Source: an uncultured bacterium (GTDB lineage: Bacteria > Patescibacteriota > Minisyncoccia > Phycocordibacterales > UBA2100). From it: DNA of 64,000 bases. Of the stretch, positions 63,540-64,000 are shown piece by piece. Position numbers and translations under genes: made by a program. The DNA is taken from the NCBI GenBank assembly GCA_903854215.1, contig CAINVT010000009.1, positions 191 through 64,190 on the forward strand, in the 5' to 3' direction. Each line of letters opens with the position of its first letter. Within the stretch, counting starts at the first letter, position 1. The notes beneath the pieces were generated by a model. It had not been told where the DNA came from. It saw nothing but the letters and a program-made list of their open reading frames with translations, and made no database searches.

Positions 63540-64000
63540 TTATTTCATCGCCTCCATGCCACTCGTTATCTCTGAGACTTCTGCGGTGATGGCAGCTTGT
63601 CGGATCTTGTTGAAGGTGCGTGTATATGCCTTGACCATTTCATTCGATTTATCGGTCGCGCTCTTCATCGCGACCATGCGCGCACTGTGCTCGGAAGCCT
63701 TCGATTCGAGCATCGCGTGGAAGACGCAGATATTGAGGAGACTCGGTAAGAGTGCGGAGAGCACCGCATCGGCGTCCGGCTCGATGGTGTACGAGACCGG
63801 GCTCGGAGCTTTTATCTCTGTTGACGGTGCGTAACGACCGCGTGCAGGGCGGATTCCTGCGATCACTTCGGCGATGACGGCTGGCTTGATCGGAATAATC
63901 TGACGAGCGATCGGCTCTTGTTCGAAAGTCGAAATGAAATTCGTATACACGACTCTCGCCGTACTCACTTCTCCACTGCCGTGCCATTCGATCAATTTGT
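63540..64000 (-). CDS. atpG: ATP synthase gamma subunit, 3' part (runs off the window end)
   Basis: ASEHSARMVAMKSATD, RQAAITAEVSEI. Confidence 0.97.
   Translation of the reverse strand, partial: KLIEWHGSGEVSTARVVYTNFISTFEQEPIARQIIPIKPAVIAEVIAGIRPARGRYAPSTEIKAPSPVSYTIEPDADAVLSALLPSLLNICVFHAMLESKASEHSARMVAMKSATDKSNEMVKAYTRTFNKIRQAAITAEVSEITSGMEAMK

Overview
This 64 kb window looks like chromosome from a reduced-genome bacterium. Gene content and style point to Patescibacteria/CPR, probably Parcubacteria (inference): short AlaRS without the C-Ala domain, archaeal-type AspRS next to scpAB, atpC with only its N-terminal domain, a PaaX/Cas2-like orphan, and -10 boxes directly before start codons. 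The backbone is housekeeping: ung, an M16 protease pair, alaS, infA-rpmJ-rpsMKD-rpoA-rplQ-rplM-rpsI, grpE-dnaK-dnaJ, trpS, aspS, scpAB, dac-mraY-ftsW-murG, gltX, an M23 peptidase, rpmA, rplI, ctpA, cax, corA, cysS, leuS, ychF and atpG-atpD-atpC. Six accessory signals stand out. (1) A wHTH/Cas2-like (PaaX-like) gene sits between grpE and dnaK, bracketed by two 41-bp palindromic direct repeats, with a solo perfect-palindrome relative at 46.3 kb. A second palindrome-flanked small gene splits scpA and scpB. (2) An island at about 18.8-26.1 kb carries a COG5322-like reductase, a multi-TM histidine kinase, and a tight AT-rich operon: P-loop kinase-CYTH fusion, frameshifted beta-RFAP-synthase-like (C-glycoside-forming GHMP) enzyme, and Hanks-type kinase. 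(3) A type III R-M locus has a DUF3800 gene between mod and res, plus a convergent promoter-hairpin unit that looks like a small RNA. (4) LeuRS carries two inserted enzyme domains (Ham1-like and nucleotidyltransferase). (5) Short palindromic elements sit in-frame inside cysS, atpD and alaS. (6) Inverted heptamer-periodic repeats precede ribosomal protein genes. I found no rRNA, tRNA or CRISPR array. All calls come from reading motifs by eye; no database searches or computations were run.
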